In this document: positions 45,401-58,314 of the stretch, piece after piece
Position numbering within the stretch: the stretch's first letter is position 1
How the letters are laid out: every line of letters starts with the position of its first letter
The notes under the pieces: generated by a model
What the model saw: the letters and a program-made list of their open reading frames with translations, nothing else
The model's database searches: none
What the model was told of the DNA's origin: nothing
DNA from: Spizellomyces punctatus DAOM BR117
Taxonomy: Eukaryota
NCBI GenBank assembly: GCA_000182565.2
Contig: KQ257450.1
Reading direction: 5' to 3' (one strand)
DNA: 64,000 bases
Translations under genes and position numbers: made by a program

Positions 45401-48400
45401 TTGAGTCCACTAATCGATCTTGAAACACTCGCAAGCATTCGTGCACCCAAAGGCGAACTATGTCGGCAGAGGTCGTCACAGTCTTCTGATCTGCGCTGAG
45501 GACACCTAAGACGACCTTGGCCAGATCCCGCAAATTGAACGTATAATGCGATTTTGCCGGAGTAGGTAGCAATTCGGTGCGAATTGTGTTATAGATGCTA
45601 ATGGATGCTGCAACAATGGGATCGGTCTGCTTTTGTACATCCGGGTTGAACCTATTGAGGAAGGATCCCAAAATTGTGCTGAAAATGCGTTGCAGTGATG
45701 GGTTATCCATCTCCACAAAGGTCAAAAGGTTAAAGTGCCGTGTGAACCTCGGGGTTACCGGATTTCGACCACCTCCGGGAGGACCCATTGCACAAGCAAA
45801 CGTGATGTCGACAATCTCCATGAACTTCCCAACATTCTTTCGGTCATACCATCCTCCACAGTCCATCCATTGACGTAGGAGCTCAATAGGAGGTTGTGCT
45901 CCACATATATCGAGAGCGGGCATGTTGAGATCGTCGACAAACAGAATGTAATGTTTTCCGACCGGCGGGCCAAAAACACCCTTTCGTCGCTTTTCCATTT
46001 TGCTGTCAATTAGATCTTGAGTCTGATTGGCACTGGTGCGCGCTGAGAAGTTGAAGACGAGTGGCATGAATGTCTGGTCCATTCCTCGCATGAGTTTATC
46101 CTGAATGGTTACGGTCTTCCCCGTGCCGGTGGGCCCAGTGGTCAGAACATGACACCCATGATGGAGCAGGAGATGCAACAGGTACGTGTTCCGTATTGTG
46201 TCGATAGTTGGCACAATTACTTCGCTTGGGTTGAGCTTCGGATTCATCTGAAATTCGGGGGCGAACGACATCCAGTCAATCCATATGCTTTGCTCTTGAT
46301 CGAAAATGTAGTCGTAAACTAGGCCCTTATCCGGGAAAGGTGTGCCCAACGGTCGCTCAGCCATTTGTATCTTCATCCACGCATCAAACTTCTTGCGGCC
46401 TTCCCTGTCCACAGTCGCTCCCACTGACCAGACGAATGAAAAAAGAAAGAAGGGCTCAATCATTTGTACGAATCTCTCCAATGCATCTGCCTGTGGTCAG
46501 CACCATATGAGCATAAAGTGTGTAGGCGCAATGTAGAGGAACAGATTGCTGTGTGGTACACTACCTGTGTAGTTGCGGCATTTGCATTTCCACCTCCTGG
46601 AACTTCGACCTCCGTTTGCATGAAGGGCGTAATCATGCAGTAGAAAATCTTCATCAGATTCGTCGCTAGATGGCCGTTCGTCGTGGGTACAGCTTCTTTG
46701 AGATTTTTACGCAAGAACTGCAGGCCTCTCTCCAACCAGAAGTCAAAGAGGGGCTGGACAGTAATCCGGAAAACGCTTGCAAGCTGACTAGGAAGATGCT
46801 GCTCCTGGCTAGCTAGCCAACTTTTTACTAACGGCAGCACGCCAAGAGCTTCCGGTTCCATATATATCATTCCGCAGCGGGAGACTGTTGCCGGAGAAGC
46901 ATAAGCTAAATCTTGCACTTCGAACATCATTGTTTGTGTAGGAGCCATCTTGATGATTTCTCCGCTTGTCAAGCACAGCTTCTTGTTGTCGTCGAGTAGA
47001 GTATTCATTGTCTCCACCCAGACAGCATCAACAGGCCCGTCAAACACATACCACTTTTTGTCTGGAGTCGTGTCTTCGACACCCTCGCGCATCAAAGCGG
47101 AAAGTATACCATCGGACCACTCGTGGGTTTGCGGGTCAAACTCACCGTACAGTTGACCCATTGTGATTGACTTTGGATTCAGCACATGAACTCGGACCTG
47201 GTTGCAGAAAAGAGATAAGAAAAGAACCGAGTCAACGATTCCCTTTGTGATATTCTCCATTTCCAATTGCATGTCTTACTTTTTGAAACTCTTTTCCATT
47301 GGGCGCTTTTTTACCCTGCAATGCACTCAGACTCTTTGCAAGCACTCTACAGCAACTCGTTTTTCCGCCTCCAGTAGGTCCGACCAGCATTAACCCGTGT
47401 CTAACGACAGTAGTTTCGTACAGCTGTATGCATTTATTGATGAAAGAGTCCTCGGCCTGGAGTCCGAGTTTCTCGCACGTCGCATGGAGCGATTGGAGCA
47501 GGTCTCCGTAATTTATTTTGGGTAGTTCCGCGCCAGGGAACAAGTCGCTGATGATTCCATTAAACAAAGGAACATCATCTGCGAGAAACTTGGGCAAGTT
47601 ACAGTCCATCAGGGCTCGAAGCATAATGATGTCTTCCGCCGCATTTGGTTGCTCGCGTTTGAGGTTTCCAGCAGCTGAAATGACGGATTTGACAGCACGC
47701 ATTCCAAAATCGTAGTGGTCTTGAGATGACAATTGCTCGGAACTGAGCTTGAATGTCGCAACCATCTTCTCTGCAAGCACTTTGGCGTTGCTGAAACCAA
47801 AGGAGAACAAAGAGATCTCCCCAATCATGGCGTAGTTGGGAATCATCATAGCAACCTACAAAAGACCAACGTTTCTTGTGAGATCACTGTTTGCTGAAAT
47901 ACATTTCTTTGAGCTTACCGGTCTGAACAAAGCCTTCAGGTTATCAGGAAGCTCAGTACGTCCAGCATATCCGGGATTCATGGTAATGAAAATGGCATTC
48001 GTGGGATCCAGGGGCAGATCCACACCCTCAAACATAAATCTGTTTACTCCTAACGCGACAGCCTTCTGTATGGTGGTAATCTGTTGAGCGACGACACTGA
48101 GGACCTCAATGTCAATCCGGTTGAATTCGTCAAAGCATGCCCAGGCCCCACTTGCTGCCAGCCCTTTGAAGAATTTTGCCATTGCCAAGTAATCCAACTG
48201 ATCAGAGCAGTTGAAGACCACGCATTGTTTGGCTAATGATTTTGCAAGGTCCTTGACAGTCTCGGTTTTTCCAGTGCCTGCAGGGCCGGCTGGTGCCCCA
48301 CCCATACCCAAGTGCATAGCTCCACTTAAAGTCAGGTAGCAACGATCGGTAAGGGGTGTGATGACAAGACGACCGGTGTTACCGAGATATTCATAGCCAT

Positions 48401-51400
48401 ATCTAAAGACCAGTTATTTAGAAACATATCGAAGGGTCTAAAACGGTGAGTACTCACCGAAAGTTTGCGTTCACAATCTTCACTCGAAGGTCATCTTCTT
48501 CCCAATAATACCTCAGCTGACTTATCCATTCGAAATCATTCTCGTTTGTTACTCCAGCGTCGATAAGTTTCTTGACGACGTCACGGCTGTGTACGTCGAT
48601 AACAATCAAGTCGCCCAACACCAATCGGGACAAGAACGACAGCTCCCCTCTTACCAAACCAACCAAACCTTCGAGCTGACCAAGTAAACGCGTGTACATA
48701 GACTTGACGCCGCTTTGCCCGGCCTTCAATGCTTCCGTCACTTCCCGAGTCCAGTAGGTTTGCGAGCAAGCAATAACAGCCTGCCCAGGCCAATCCAAAA
48801 CCCAGGACGTACGTGGCTTAAGGTGATAGGAGGCCAGCCCATCAATAATAACTTTCTTCACGCTACGACGCATCTGATCCTCAACGCGCAAGAGCCAATC
48901 TTCCACAGGACCTTTCGGATAGAAAGGCTCTGCCAGCATGATCTTTTCCCCTTCTGCGGAATACATGGCTATTATCAAATTGTCCTCCGCAAACTCTAAG
49001 CTGGCCACATTCTCGAAACACTTTCGCAAATGTGGCTGAACCGCGGTTGGATCTTTCGTTTGCGATAAGATTTGTAACAGTTCGTCATCACTAAGGAAGA
49101 AGAATCGGGGGAAGGCGATACGCTTGCTCTCCAGATACGCAGATAGACCTTTGGATACCAGCTCCAGAAGCTTATTGCACTCCTTGAAGGAGTCTAAGAG
49201 CTTATAGTCGCTACAAAATTCAATGACTCCAGGCCTTTGCTTTGCTTGTGACATGATTCTTCGCCACGTTCTATCCATTGTAGTAAAGCGCTTACTTTCG
49301 ACGGGAAGTTGCGTTACTATATCGTCGCTGCTAAAGATCGGCTCCAAATAAAGCCAGGATCGTTGACAGGCCATCCAAGCTTCCACCACTTCCTGGACCG
49401 TTCGGAGTTTGCTTTCCCATAGGGCAATTCGTTCCGCAAAAGGCTTCTTGTACGGACTAAAGCTCATACTTTGCGTCATAACAATATGGTCATCCAAAAG
49501 GCGGATCACTTCGTCCGAGATCTTCATGATGAATGTGCCCGTATCTTTATAGGAGATGATCTCAAGACTGATATTCTTCCATTCATTGTCCATCTTATCC
49601 AAGGCCGCTTCAATGGAGTACTCTTTACCGGCTGTGTCGCAAACTTTTGCAATGCTGTCTACCCTTTCGAGAAGGTTCAACTTCAAAATGTCAGTCAAGG
49701 TCAAGTTGCTGTCAGGACGAATTTTCATGTTGAGTTCTTCGCTAAGCCTTTCCCAATGACGATCTCTCATTCCCGGGTTTCTCAATGCTTGAATAAGGGG
49801 TAGATATGGCTTGAATTCGTCCATTTCATCCTTCATCTGTGAAAGGGGTTTCGAAATGGTCAAACACAATAGTACATGAATGCGTGAAAAGCAAATGTCA
49901 AGCAGCGTACCTGAGTAGCTACTGCCAGGCACCCAGGTTGGTTTTTAAAGTGTTTGATGCTTTTGAACATTGTTCTCCAGGCGTTCATTAAGTTTTTTTC
50001 TACCTCTTCAGCGTTGAGATCCAGAAAGCTGCCGTTGAGCCACTGATTCCTCCACTTGGTCCAGTCATTAGCGGCTAGCCATAAACTTTTGTAAGGCTCA
50101 AAGTCCTTCCCCAGTTGCGTGACCTCATCATAGTGAGTAACCTCCAAATTAAACAATCGTTCTCTACTGTTAAAGAGCGCAACAAGATTCTGGCATTCTT
50201 TGAGTTCGAGTGACGTTTTGTGCACCTCCAAGACAATGTCAGCCAGTCGCCCAAGGTCCGTATGCTTGCTGAAATCGACAATAATGGTGCCAAGAGTATG
50301 GACTCGCTCCTTAAAGATCTCTTGGTCGGCAGAGAGATTGCGTAGGAATGCTTGCTCATCAACTTCCAGAGCTGACTCGGTTTGTTTGACAAGCTCATCA
50401 ATTCGTATGGGCCAAGTATATGCCTGCCATCGTGCTCTGAAATCTTCGTTTGAAAGCTCATAGCGATGTTTTTCCAGAATTTCGTAGTTATGCAACATCT
50501 CGCTGATGCGACCATTTTGTGTTCGAACAATTTCCGGAATTAAACGCATGTACTCGCGAAGCTCCGTGAGTTCTTCGATCTTCACCGGCCGTTCTTTCAG
50601 CCTTGATTGGACGGCACCAAAGGCTTGTGAGATGCTTTGAGCCAGGCGAGAGCTACGCTTGCTGAGAATGTCCAATACAACTTTGCTGAGATCCTTGCGG
50701 AGAGCGCTTCTAATGCTTTCACAGTTTACCCAGAACAAACCGAGCGAGAGATGACTAGGTATCTCCTTGTCTAGAATTTCCCATTCCTGCAAGTGCTTCG
50801 CAATATCACGTTCCATCTCATCAATAGTGTGTTCCTCGGCCTCGTACTGCTGTGCATACTGAGCAATATCCAAATTCAGCATTTTGAGGTGGCGATCATA
50901 TTGCTTTTGATATTGCTGCAGTGGGGAGATGCCGTCACGGAGTGCCTGCACCAGGCGTTGACGGAGCTGCACAATGCCAACTTCCCTGGAGTGCGGTATC
51001 TGTAAAGTGGGCTTCGCCGCCCAAAACATTTGATCAAGTACCAATGGCTCTAACTCGGGGAGCCCTTCCACAGTCGACAGAGCTTTGTCAAAAATCGACA
51101 GAATAACACTTTCAAAGTGCTCAAAGTCGATTCCGTACTGCAACTTGCCGTTTCGAAATACGAGGTCAATCATGAATAAGGGCTTTCTCGTGCTGCTCTC
51201 GCCGGCCATAATTTTGTTTACGAAGGGATCAATGATTTTAACATCGTTGGTTCCGTTTACAATGACTCTTTGGCAGCTGATTGAGCTGATGAGCCGAATG
51301 TAATCCCCAAGGGAGTTCAAAACAAGAAACCGTAACGAATCTTGCATGATAAATTTGACCGTAGTCATAAACTTCTTCAGTTTGCTGATCCTGTAGACTT

Positions 51401-53720
51401 CCAAGTTGGTCTCTCTCATATTGTACCATCCTTTTCCAACATCCTTGAAGCCGGTTCTCAAGGCAGTTTTCAGCATGTTAACCCAGCTAAGTGAAATTGG
51501 TTAAGTGCATATCAATAAGTCTATGGTAGCAAGTATTGAAGTTCTCACCTATCCTTTAGAAATGCCTTCATGTTCTGCAAGCTCTGATTCTGCGTCTGTT
51601 CAAACTCATCCAGCCGAACAGTTTTCGTGATGTTCGCAACAAACAGGCTCCCACTCGCGAGCTTGTCGCACTCAATCCTTATCTTGGATAGAGTGCGAAT
51701 GACCTCTATGCTGCTAAGGAATGTCGAAAAACTGAAATCTTTCTGGTGCTTTGTGTAATCGTATGCAGGCACAACACAATTTCGGATCCTGAAGCAACGA
51801 TAAAGTCAGGATGAATTGACATACAGCATATGGGATTTCACTTTGTCCTTACGCCGGTACAGATTCTGATTGTTGCAGGTCCGGCAGTGATAGAGACTCA
51901 TATGCACCCTTTGTTTCTGGAGACGTAACCTACTCAGAACATCCAGACAATTAAACCGATGTACATCTAGCGCGCGAACTGAACGTCAGCTACCTCGACG
52001 TCAAAAAGCTGCTTGTTCATAGCCCGTGCGTAGTCTCGCTTGACTTCATTCATTATCAGGTCAACAGCTGGCTGGCTGAGAGTGCGCCTGAGTTGCTTCT
52101 CTGTCTGCATGGCAATCTCAGATATGCGAGAGAGCTGAGACCCCGGTATTTGAATAGACTGCTCGGTGGGCATGCAATCTATAAAAAAGTTATATCGCTG
52201 CATGAACAGAGAGCTCGATAAGCCATCAACCCCCTCGGACCAAGGCGTAATTAGATATCTACTTACTAGGCTACGCGCAACTTGCTCACGAAGGTTATAG
52301 GCGGCAGCAACACGCCTTGCAAAATTGAAAGGATCTTCGGCAAGAAAAAAGAGATTGATACTATCCGTGATAGAACGTTAAGACTATTTCCACGGCCATC
52401 TAAGGTGAGCATCATTAAACCTTACCGATGAACCCATGCCTCCCTTCGATTTGTCGCACTTTTCATTCGGCTCCCACTCCCCTCGGTTTCAATGGGTTCA
52501 TCTTGGTCCTCACCCTCGATCTCCTCCTCCTCGTCGTCGTCCTCTTCCTCTTCTTCTTCTGTCTCATCTGTGTCATGACTTTGCGCGAGTTCCCATCCGC
52601 TAAAGTTTCGCCATTTCACCTTCCACAACCCAGACCTCTCATTATATGCGATCATAACACAATCTCGCCAAGTCTCGCCTTGGAACGCTTTGGCCGGCAC
52701 CGGAATTGTGGCGTAGTGGATCGAGTTTTCCGTTTTGAAAGCGGTCCTCTGCCTCTGTGCCTTTGATCTCGTTGATTCGACCTTTGATACGAGTGGCTCT
52801 TCTTGAACACCGTATGTTTCCATATCAAGCCATTCATGGAGATCTCTGCTCTCAAATTCCGTGTCGTCGAAGATCTCCAAAGGCAAAAAGTCCCCAAAAG
52901 TCGTAGATGCTACAGGACTACTAAGCGACTGTGACAGCTTTGAATTCGATAGGTCTTTTGCATTATCCTTGACATCTTCTAAATGCGTGACGCTGGCGGT
53001 TTGCCCGATGGGAGCAATAGCATTGTGAATCAAGTCGCCTATGTTTTGTTGTGAGAACAGCCTTTTCTTTCTCTCAATCTCAATCTTTCGTGGGGTCTGC
53101 CCAGGCCGAGACGCAAATGGCAACATAACTTTTGGTTCTAATGCCTTGATGTAATCTGAACGTCGCAACTTTTTGACGATTCTTTGTTGAATAGAGCTGG
53201 TGGGTCGTGACGACTGGCGAAATGCGTCTGGTTTCCCTGCGCTTGCTGGCCGCACGTCTGTTTCCGTTACAGTTGATTGAATTTTAGGGAGCGCGGGTTG
53301 TCCTTCAGCATCCATAGCGGGAAGCATTGGTACTTCTCCAAAGTTAGCACCAGCCAAGCCCCCAAGCGCTGGTTGCCCTTCAATTTTAACCTCTGAATCT
53401 GTAATGGTGGCACGAGAAGGCCTTTTGAAAGAGCGAGTTGTTGGTATGCCGTCAGTAGTTGGCCAGTTCAGCACCGGAGGAGGCGGTGCCTCTGATTCAT
53501 CCTCATCAATAAAAGCCGATGGATGCATAAGAAATCCACTAAGCATTCCTTCGTTTTTTTGAATCTTTGATACTCCGGCAGGCTGATGGTTTAGAGCCAT
53601 ATTCAGTGTGACGGGTGTTGGATCTGTGCTCGCTCCTGCTTTGAGTATTGGCTGCGGCCGGTCTCCCATCGCGGCGGGAGCCACATTGAGAGGCAAATGG
53701 ACTCTCTTGGCGTCTCTCAT
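39461..53720 (-). CDS. DNAH1: Axonemal inner-arm dynein heavy chain, DNAH1-like, multi-exon
   Basis: Four P-loops ([33 protein letters not shown]), a linker with [13 protein letters not shown], the stalk/MTBD, AAA5-6 and the C-terminal motif TTGHSTNYV...HWIKRGVAL. The N-terminal motifs [23 protein letters not shown] and [14 protein letters not shown] resemble DNAH1. The start codon is uncertain; 53720 is the first in-frame ATG. Confidence 0.93.
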
Positions 53721-53891
53721 TGCGACGTTGGCCACAAGGCGAGGTGACGGGGCAAACTGCAGCGCGCCCACGCAAACAAGTGTAGTTTCGAGGCGAGACG
53801 ATGCGACGACGATCTACCGAGCGTGTTTTGCTTAGTAAGCGAAATGTCCGACACACCCAGTATCCCTGAATCATTGTTAATCCCTCACTTG

Positions 53892-53938
53892 ATTGCTACG
53901 ACAAAATTCCCCGATGATGGTGGACCCCAAGTAGCAAC
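53892..53938. promoter_or_regulatory. Two RFX X-box-like sites in the DNAH1/SPAG6 bidirectional promoter
   Basis: ATTGCTACGACAA at 53892-53904 (reverse complement TTGTCGTAGCAAT) and GTAGCAAC at 53931-53938, in opposite orientations. Both are imperfect matches. Confidence 0.35.
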
Positions 53939-54099
53939 CCAACATTTATCTACGTATGGGTGACGATAGTTTTCTTATCGTCCGCACTCTGTGAACGTTT
54001 TCGCATTAAACCAGCTTCGGCTAGTGAAGCATCCAATTAAGGACACTCTGGCGCGACTGCGGCATACCATTATCTGCAATTCCAGATCAGAATTTATCG

Positions 54100-56309
54100 A
54101 TGGCAGCCTCTCCAACTGCCGCAAACACCAGGGCGGTGTTTGCCGTGTTTGAGAAATACCAAAAGGAAAGACTCATGTTTGTACAGACCGTGGCAGATCT
54201 CGCTTCCCGAGAAAGCAATATTGATGCGCTCCAAGCCGCGGGCGTCATGTCGCTGCTCCGTCCACTGCTTTTGGATAATGTTCCAGCAATTCAGCAGGCT
54301 GCAGCTCTGGCACTCGGGAGACTCGCAAACTACAATGAGGAGATGGCCCAGGCAGTTGTGGACTCAGATATCTTACCCCAGTTGGTTTATTCTTTGAGCG
54401 AACAGAATGTAAGTCAGCAAAGATTTGACATAATGAGACGCCAACTAAGAAATCTTCCTCAAACTTCCAGCGCTTCTATAAGAAGGCCGCCGCTTTCGTT
54501 CTTCGAGCTGTGGCGAAGCACTCTCCGGAACTGGCGCAATCCGTAATCGACTCTGGAGCTCTCACGGCTCTTATAAGCTGTTTGGAAGAGTTTGATCCTG
54601 GCGTCAAAGAGTCTGCTGCATGGGCATTGGGGTATATAGCCAGACACAATGGTGGTGAGTGTAACTTGATTGCAGCCTGATAGAAGGTTGATCTCAACCT
54701 CATCGCACTTTTTTCGATGGTCAGATCTATCACAAGCGGTAGTCGATGCCGGTGCCGTACCTTTACTTGTACTATGCGTCCAGGAACCTGAATTATCCCT
54801 GCGACGAATTGCTGCTTCAGCTTTGAGTGATATTGCAAAGCACTCGCCAGAGGTAGGGCTTCGAATGTTGTTACTTCCGTCATTATGAGCATGGTTTGAC
54901 GTTTTGTTTGATCTCCAGCTGGCTCAGGCTGTTGTCGACGCTAATACAGTACCCATTATTGTTCCCCTGTTGGCCAACCCGGATGCAAAGCTCCGGCGGC
55001 AGGTGTGCTCTGCGCTTGCACAGATTGCAAAGCACACAGTCGATCTTGCGGAAACAGTTGTTGACGGGGAGATCTTCCCAAATGCGCTGAACTGCTTAAA
55101 GGATGTGGATGGATATGTCAAGAAGAATGCAGCGACCTTGATCTGCGAAATTGCCAAGCATACGCCAGAGGTAGGACCATAGTCGTCTTCGTTGATAAGC
55201 TGATATACAGGAATTAGGATCTTACTTACTGAACCTTGCCGCTACCAGCTGGCTCAGCTCATTGTTAATTCTGGCGGCATTGCAGCTGTGGTTGACTACG
55301 TCAACGAAACCAGGGGTAATGCTCGCCTGCCTGGAATAATGACATTGGGCTACGTGGCTGCTTTCTCAGAAACTCTTGCACTGGCCGTGATTGTCGCCAA
55401 GGGAGTGCCCCCACTCACTCAGGCTTTGACTGTCGAGAATGAAGAGCACATCAAGGTGACAACTGATGGATTACAAACATATGTGACGATGCATAGTTTT
55501 CTTATTTATCCAGTCGCTTTTTCTAATAGGCTGCATGTGCATGGTCGCTGGGACAAATTGGTCGTCACTCTCCCGACCATGCCAAGACCCTTTCTGATCA
55601 TGCAGTACTGCCCAAACTCCTCAAGATACTTACCAGTTCAAATGCCGGTTCATCCCCTTCGAATGACGAAGGCTCTAGTGGCCCGGGAGCGGACCTAAAA
55701 ACCAAAACCAAACGAGCCTTGAAATGCATCCTCGAAAAGACGTTGAGCATCGACGCCCTAGACCCTCTACTTCAACCTCATAGCACTCCACCAAATATTC
55801 TCAAGTATGTCGTTGGACAGTTTGCCAAAATCCTGCCGCATGACGTTGCTGCTCGTCGCGCGTTTGTGACTAGCGGGGGATTACAGAGAGTTCAAGAGAT
55901 TGCAAACATCTATGCTGGCACAGCGCCTGGCGTGCCCGGTACTTTGGCCCAGCAGCAGGCTCTTGAGAGAGGAAGCGTTACGGTTCAGCAAGGTGCGAAT
56001 GCATTGACGGGCACAAAAATGGGAGAATACATCAGGACAATCAACGAATGTTATCCGGAGGAAATCGTGCGATACTACTCACCTGGGTATTCAACAACGC
56101 TCCTGGAGAAGGCAAGTGCTTTCTGATTTTGGGACAAGACTTGATTTTGATTTCTGACTTGCTCCACGCTTTATTAGATTGACGAATACAGTAGACAACA
56201 AGACTTTGCCGGTGGCAGTGGACACATTCAACAACAACCCTTTTCACGACTGTCATCCGCTGGTGAACAAGTACCTCCTCAGCTGCAACCTCAAGGGATC
56301 ACCGCGTAA
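54100..56309 (+). CDS. SPAG6: Central-apparatus armadillo-repeat protein SPAG6/PF16, 7 exons
   Basis: It contains VFEKYQKERLMFVQTVADLA, LLRPLLLDNVPAIQQAAALALGRLANY, RFYKKAAAFVLRAVAKHSPELAQ, ARLPGIMTLGYVAAFSETLALAVI and INECYPEEIVRYYSPGYS. The last intron, 56112-56177, is GC-AG. Confidence 0.96.
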
Positions 56310-56642
56310 CCGACCTTGTTGATTTGGACATGTTTTTTGCTGCCGCTCTCATAAACCAACCTGAACTTTTGCCCCTTTATCAGTTTTAAACTTAGAACTA
56401 GCTGATGGAGATGAGCATAAATGACCAGTACTATCGTCGTGCTCTTCAATGTGCAAAGGACGCCAATTTGTTTGAATAGTGATTTTTAAGTTTGATCATG
56501 TTATGAAGTCGTAAAAACCAAATTGAGCATCATCTGGGCGCTGTAGACCCGAATTTGCCATACGCAAAAACTCCTGCTGCTGCTGCACGAAAAACACTCT
56601 AGATCCAGGACTTGCATCTGGCGCTGTGATGAGGTCGTCGAT

Positions 56643-56656
56643 GATCACGTGACAAC
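56643..56656. promoter_or_regulatory. Extended E-box (TCACGTGA) upstream of TRAPPC13
   Basis: GATCACGTGACAAC lies about 135 bp upstream of the ATG, in a CpG-rich stretch. It is a bHLH-ZIP (Cbf1/USF/MiT-type) site. Confidence 0.35.
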
Positions 56657-56789
56657 ATCTCGTTCGCGGCCGCCGCGGTCGTTCCGCTCGGCCATCGCGA
56701 CGCTCCATCGCGGGCGACGATCCAGCAGCAAACGGGTTGATTGGGCTTCAACCCCATGCCGCTTTCTCTCTTCATAACACACGGTCGAA

Positions 56790-58208
56790 ATGAGCGAGGC
56801 AACAAACACCGCTCCTCACCTGCTCTCGCTCAAAGTGATGCGGCTTTCGCGCCCATCCTTTGTGCAAGTCAACCCAATACCTTTTGAACAAGCTCCCACT
56901 CTGCCAGCGAACGCGGCGCTTACACAGGCCGCGGAAAATGACATTACTAGTCTCTCAGAACCCGTGCAACCTCCAATCGCCGATCTTCTCAATCTCAACT
57001 CCCCAGTCCTCCCACCTTCCAGCCTCAACATTCGCGACTTTGGTCTCAGCGACCTACTCACGGTTCCTTCCTCATTTGGGAACATTTATTTAGGCGAAAC
57101 ATTTTCTAGTTATCTATGCGTCAACAACGAGAGCGGTTCTGCCGTTCAGGATGTCGGAATCAAAGCCGAACTTCAAACCGCCTCACAACGATTTACGCTA
57201 GCAGATACGCTTGGTGGAGCCACCCCGCGAGCGAGCGTCACCTCGGTTGCATCGTCCAACTCTGCCGATACATCTTTCTCTTCATCCATTGCCACTCGAG
57301 TCCCTCTGCTGCCCACTCAGTCCGCAGAGTTCATTATACATCACGAAATTAAGGAGCTCGGAGTTCACATTCTTGTGTGCTCCGTTCACTATTCCACGAG
57401 CAGCGGAGAGAGAAGATTTTTCCGCAAGTTTTATAAATTTCAAGTTTTAAACCCTTTGGCAGTGAAAACGAAGGTCAACAGCTTGCAGGACGGACGAGTA
57501 TTTCTGGAGGCGCAGGTGCAGAATGTTGCTAATGAAACGATGTATTTGGAAAAGATGCGCTTCGAAGCAAACGAACTCTTTCAATTCCACGACCTCAACA
57601 CAATCATTACGGTCAATGACAGCGCAGCAGTGGATGGTCCTCGCGGCATCAAAGCTGGACCCGTTGTGGGTGCTACCGAAGATGGCGCTGTGTATCTCAG
57701 CCCACAAGACACACGACAGTATTTATATATGCTTCAGCCAAAGAAGCCACAGGACTCGGTGGCCAGAACGACACCGACATTAGGCAAATTGGATATCATG
57801 TGGCGAACTCATCTGGGACAAACAGGAAGACTACAGACGGCCCAGCTAAGCCGGAAGGTGCCGCCTATCGAACCATACGACATTGCGGTCATCGCTACCC
57901 CAGACAGGATTCATGCAGAGCGGCCGTTCTCGGTCACCTGCAGACTTCGCAATAATTTGGTTTCTGAAACCCTTCGATTGAGTATCCATGGCGTAAAGAG
58001 CAAAATGAGCAGTGTTTTGCTAATGGGTCCAAGTGAACGTTCCTTTGGCAATATCGGTCCTTTAGAACATGTTGATTTCGAGCTGAACTTCTTTCCACTC
58101 TTGGCTGGACTGCATAAAATATCAGGGTTTCGATTGAACGAAATGGTCTCTGGAACAAGCAGGGATGTGGATAATTTGGTAGATGTATATGTATGGCAGA
58201 CGGCATGA
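56790..58208 (+). CDS. TRAPPC13: Trafficking protein particle complex subunit 13 (DUF974), single exon, 472 aa
   Basis: It contains HLLSLKVMRLSRP, SFGNIYLGETFSSYLCVNN, HHEIKELGVHILVCSVHY, FFRKFYKFQVLNPLAVKTK, FLEAQVQN and LGKLDIMWRTHLGQTGRLQTAQL. Confidence 0.95.
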   Translation: MSEATNTAPHLLSLKVMRLSRPSFVQVNPIPFEQAPTLPANAALTQAAENDITSLSEPVQPPIADLLNLNSPVLPPSSLNIRDFGLSDLLTVPSSFGNIYLGETFSSYLCVNNESGSAVQDVGIKAELQTASQRFTLADTLGGATPRASVTSVASSNSADTSFSSSIATRVPLLPTQSAEFIIHHEIKELGVHILVCSVHYSTSSGERRFFRKFYKFQVLNPLAVKTKVNSLQDGRVFLEAQVQNVANETMYLEKMRFEANELFQFHDLNTIITVNDSAAVDGPRGIKAGPVVGATEDGAVYLSPQDTRQYLYMLQPKKPQDSVARTTPTLGKLDIMWRTHLGQTGRLQTAQLSRKVPPIEPYDIAVIATPDRIHAERPFSVTCRLRNNLVSETLRLSIHGVKSKMSSVLLMGPSERSFGNIGPLEHVDFELNFFPLLAGLHKISGFRLNEMVSGTSRDVDNLVDVYVWQTA

Positions 58209-58314
58209 TCATAATCAACGACCGCCATAATCCGTTGTAGAGTATTGGCGCTTTGTACAAATCTAATAGCTACCATTACATGTATATACATATTTACATG
58301 CCCTCGTGCTTGTT

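Noticed and set aside
52500-52570. TCC/TCG/TCT-rich repeat-like tract
   Set aside because: It encodes the acidic E/D stretch in the dynein N-terminal region and is not an independent repeat.
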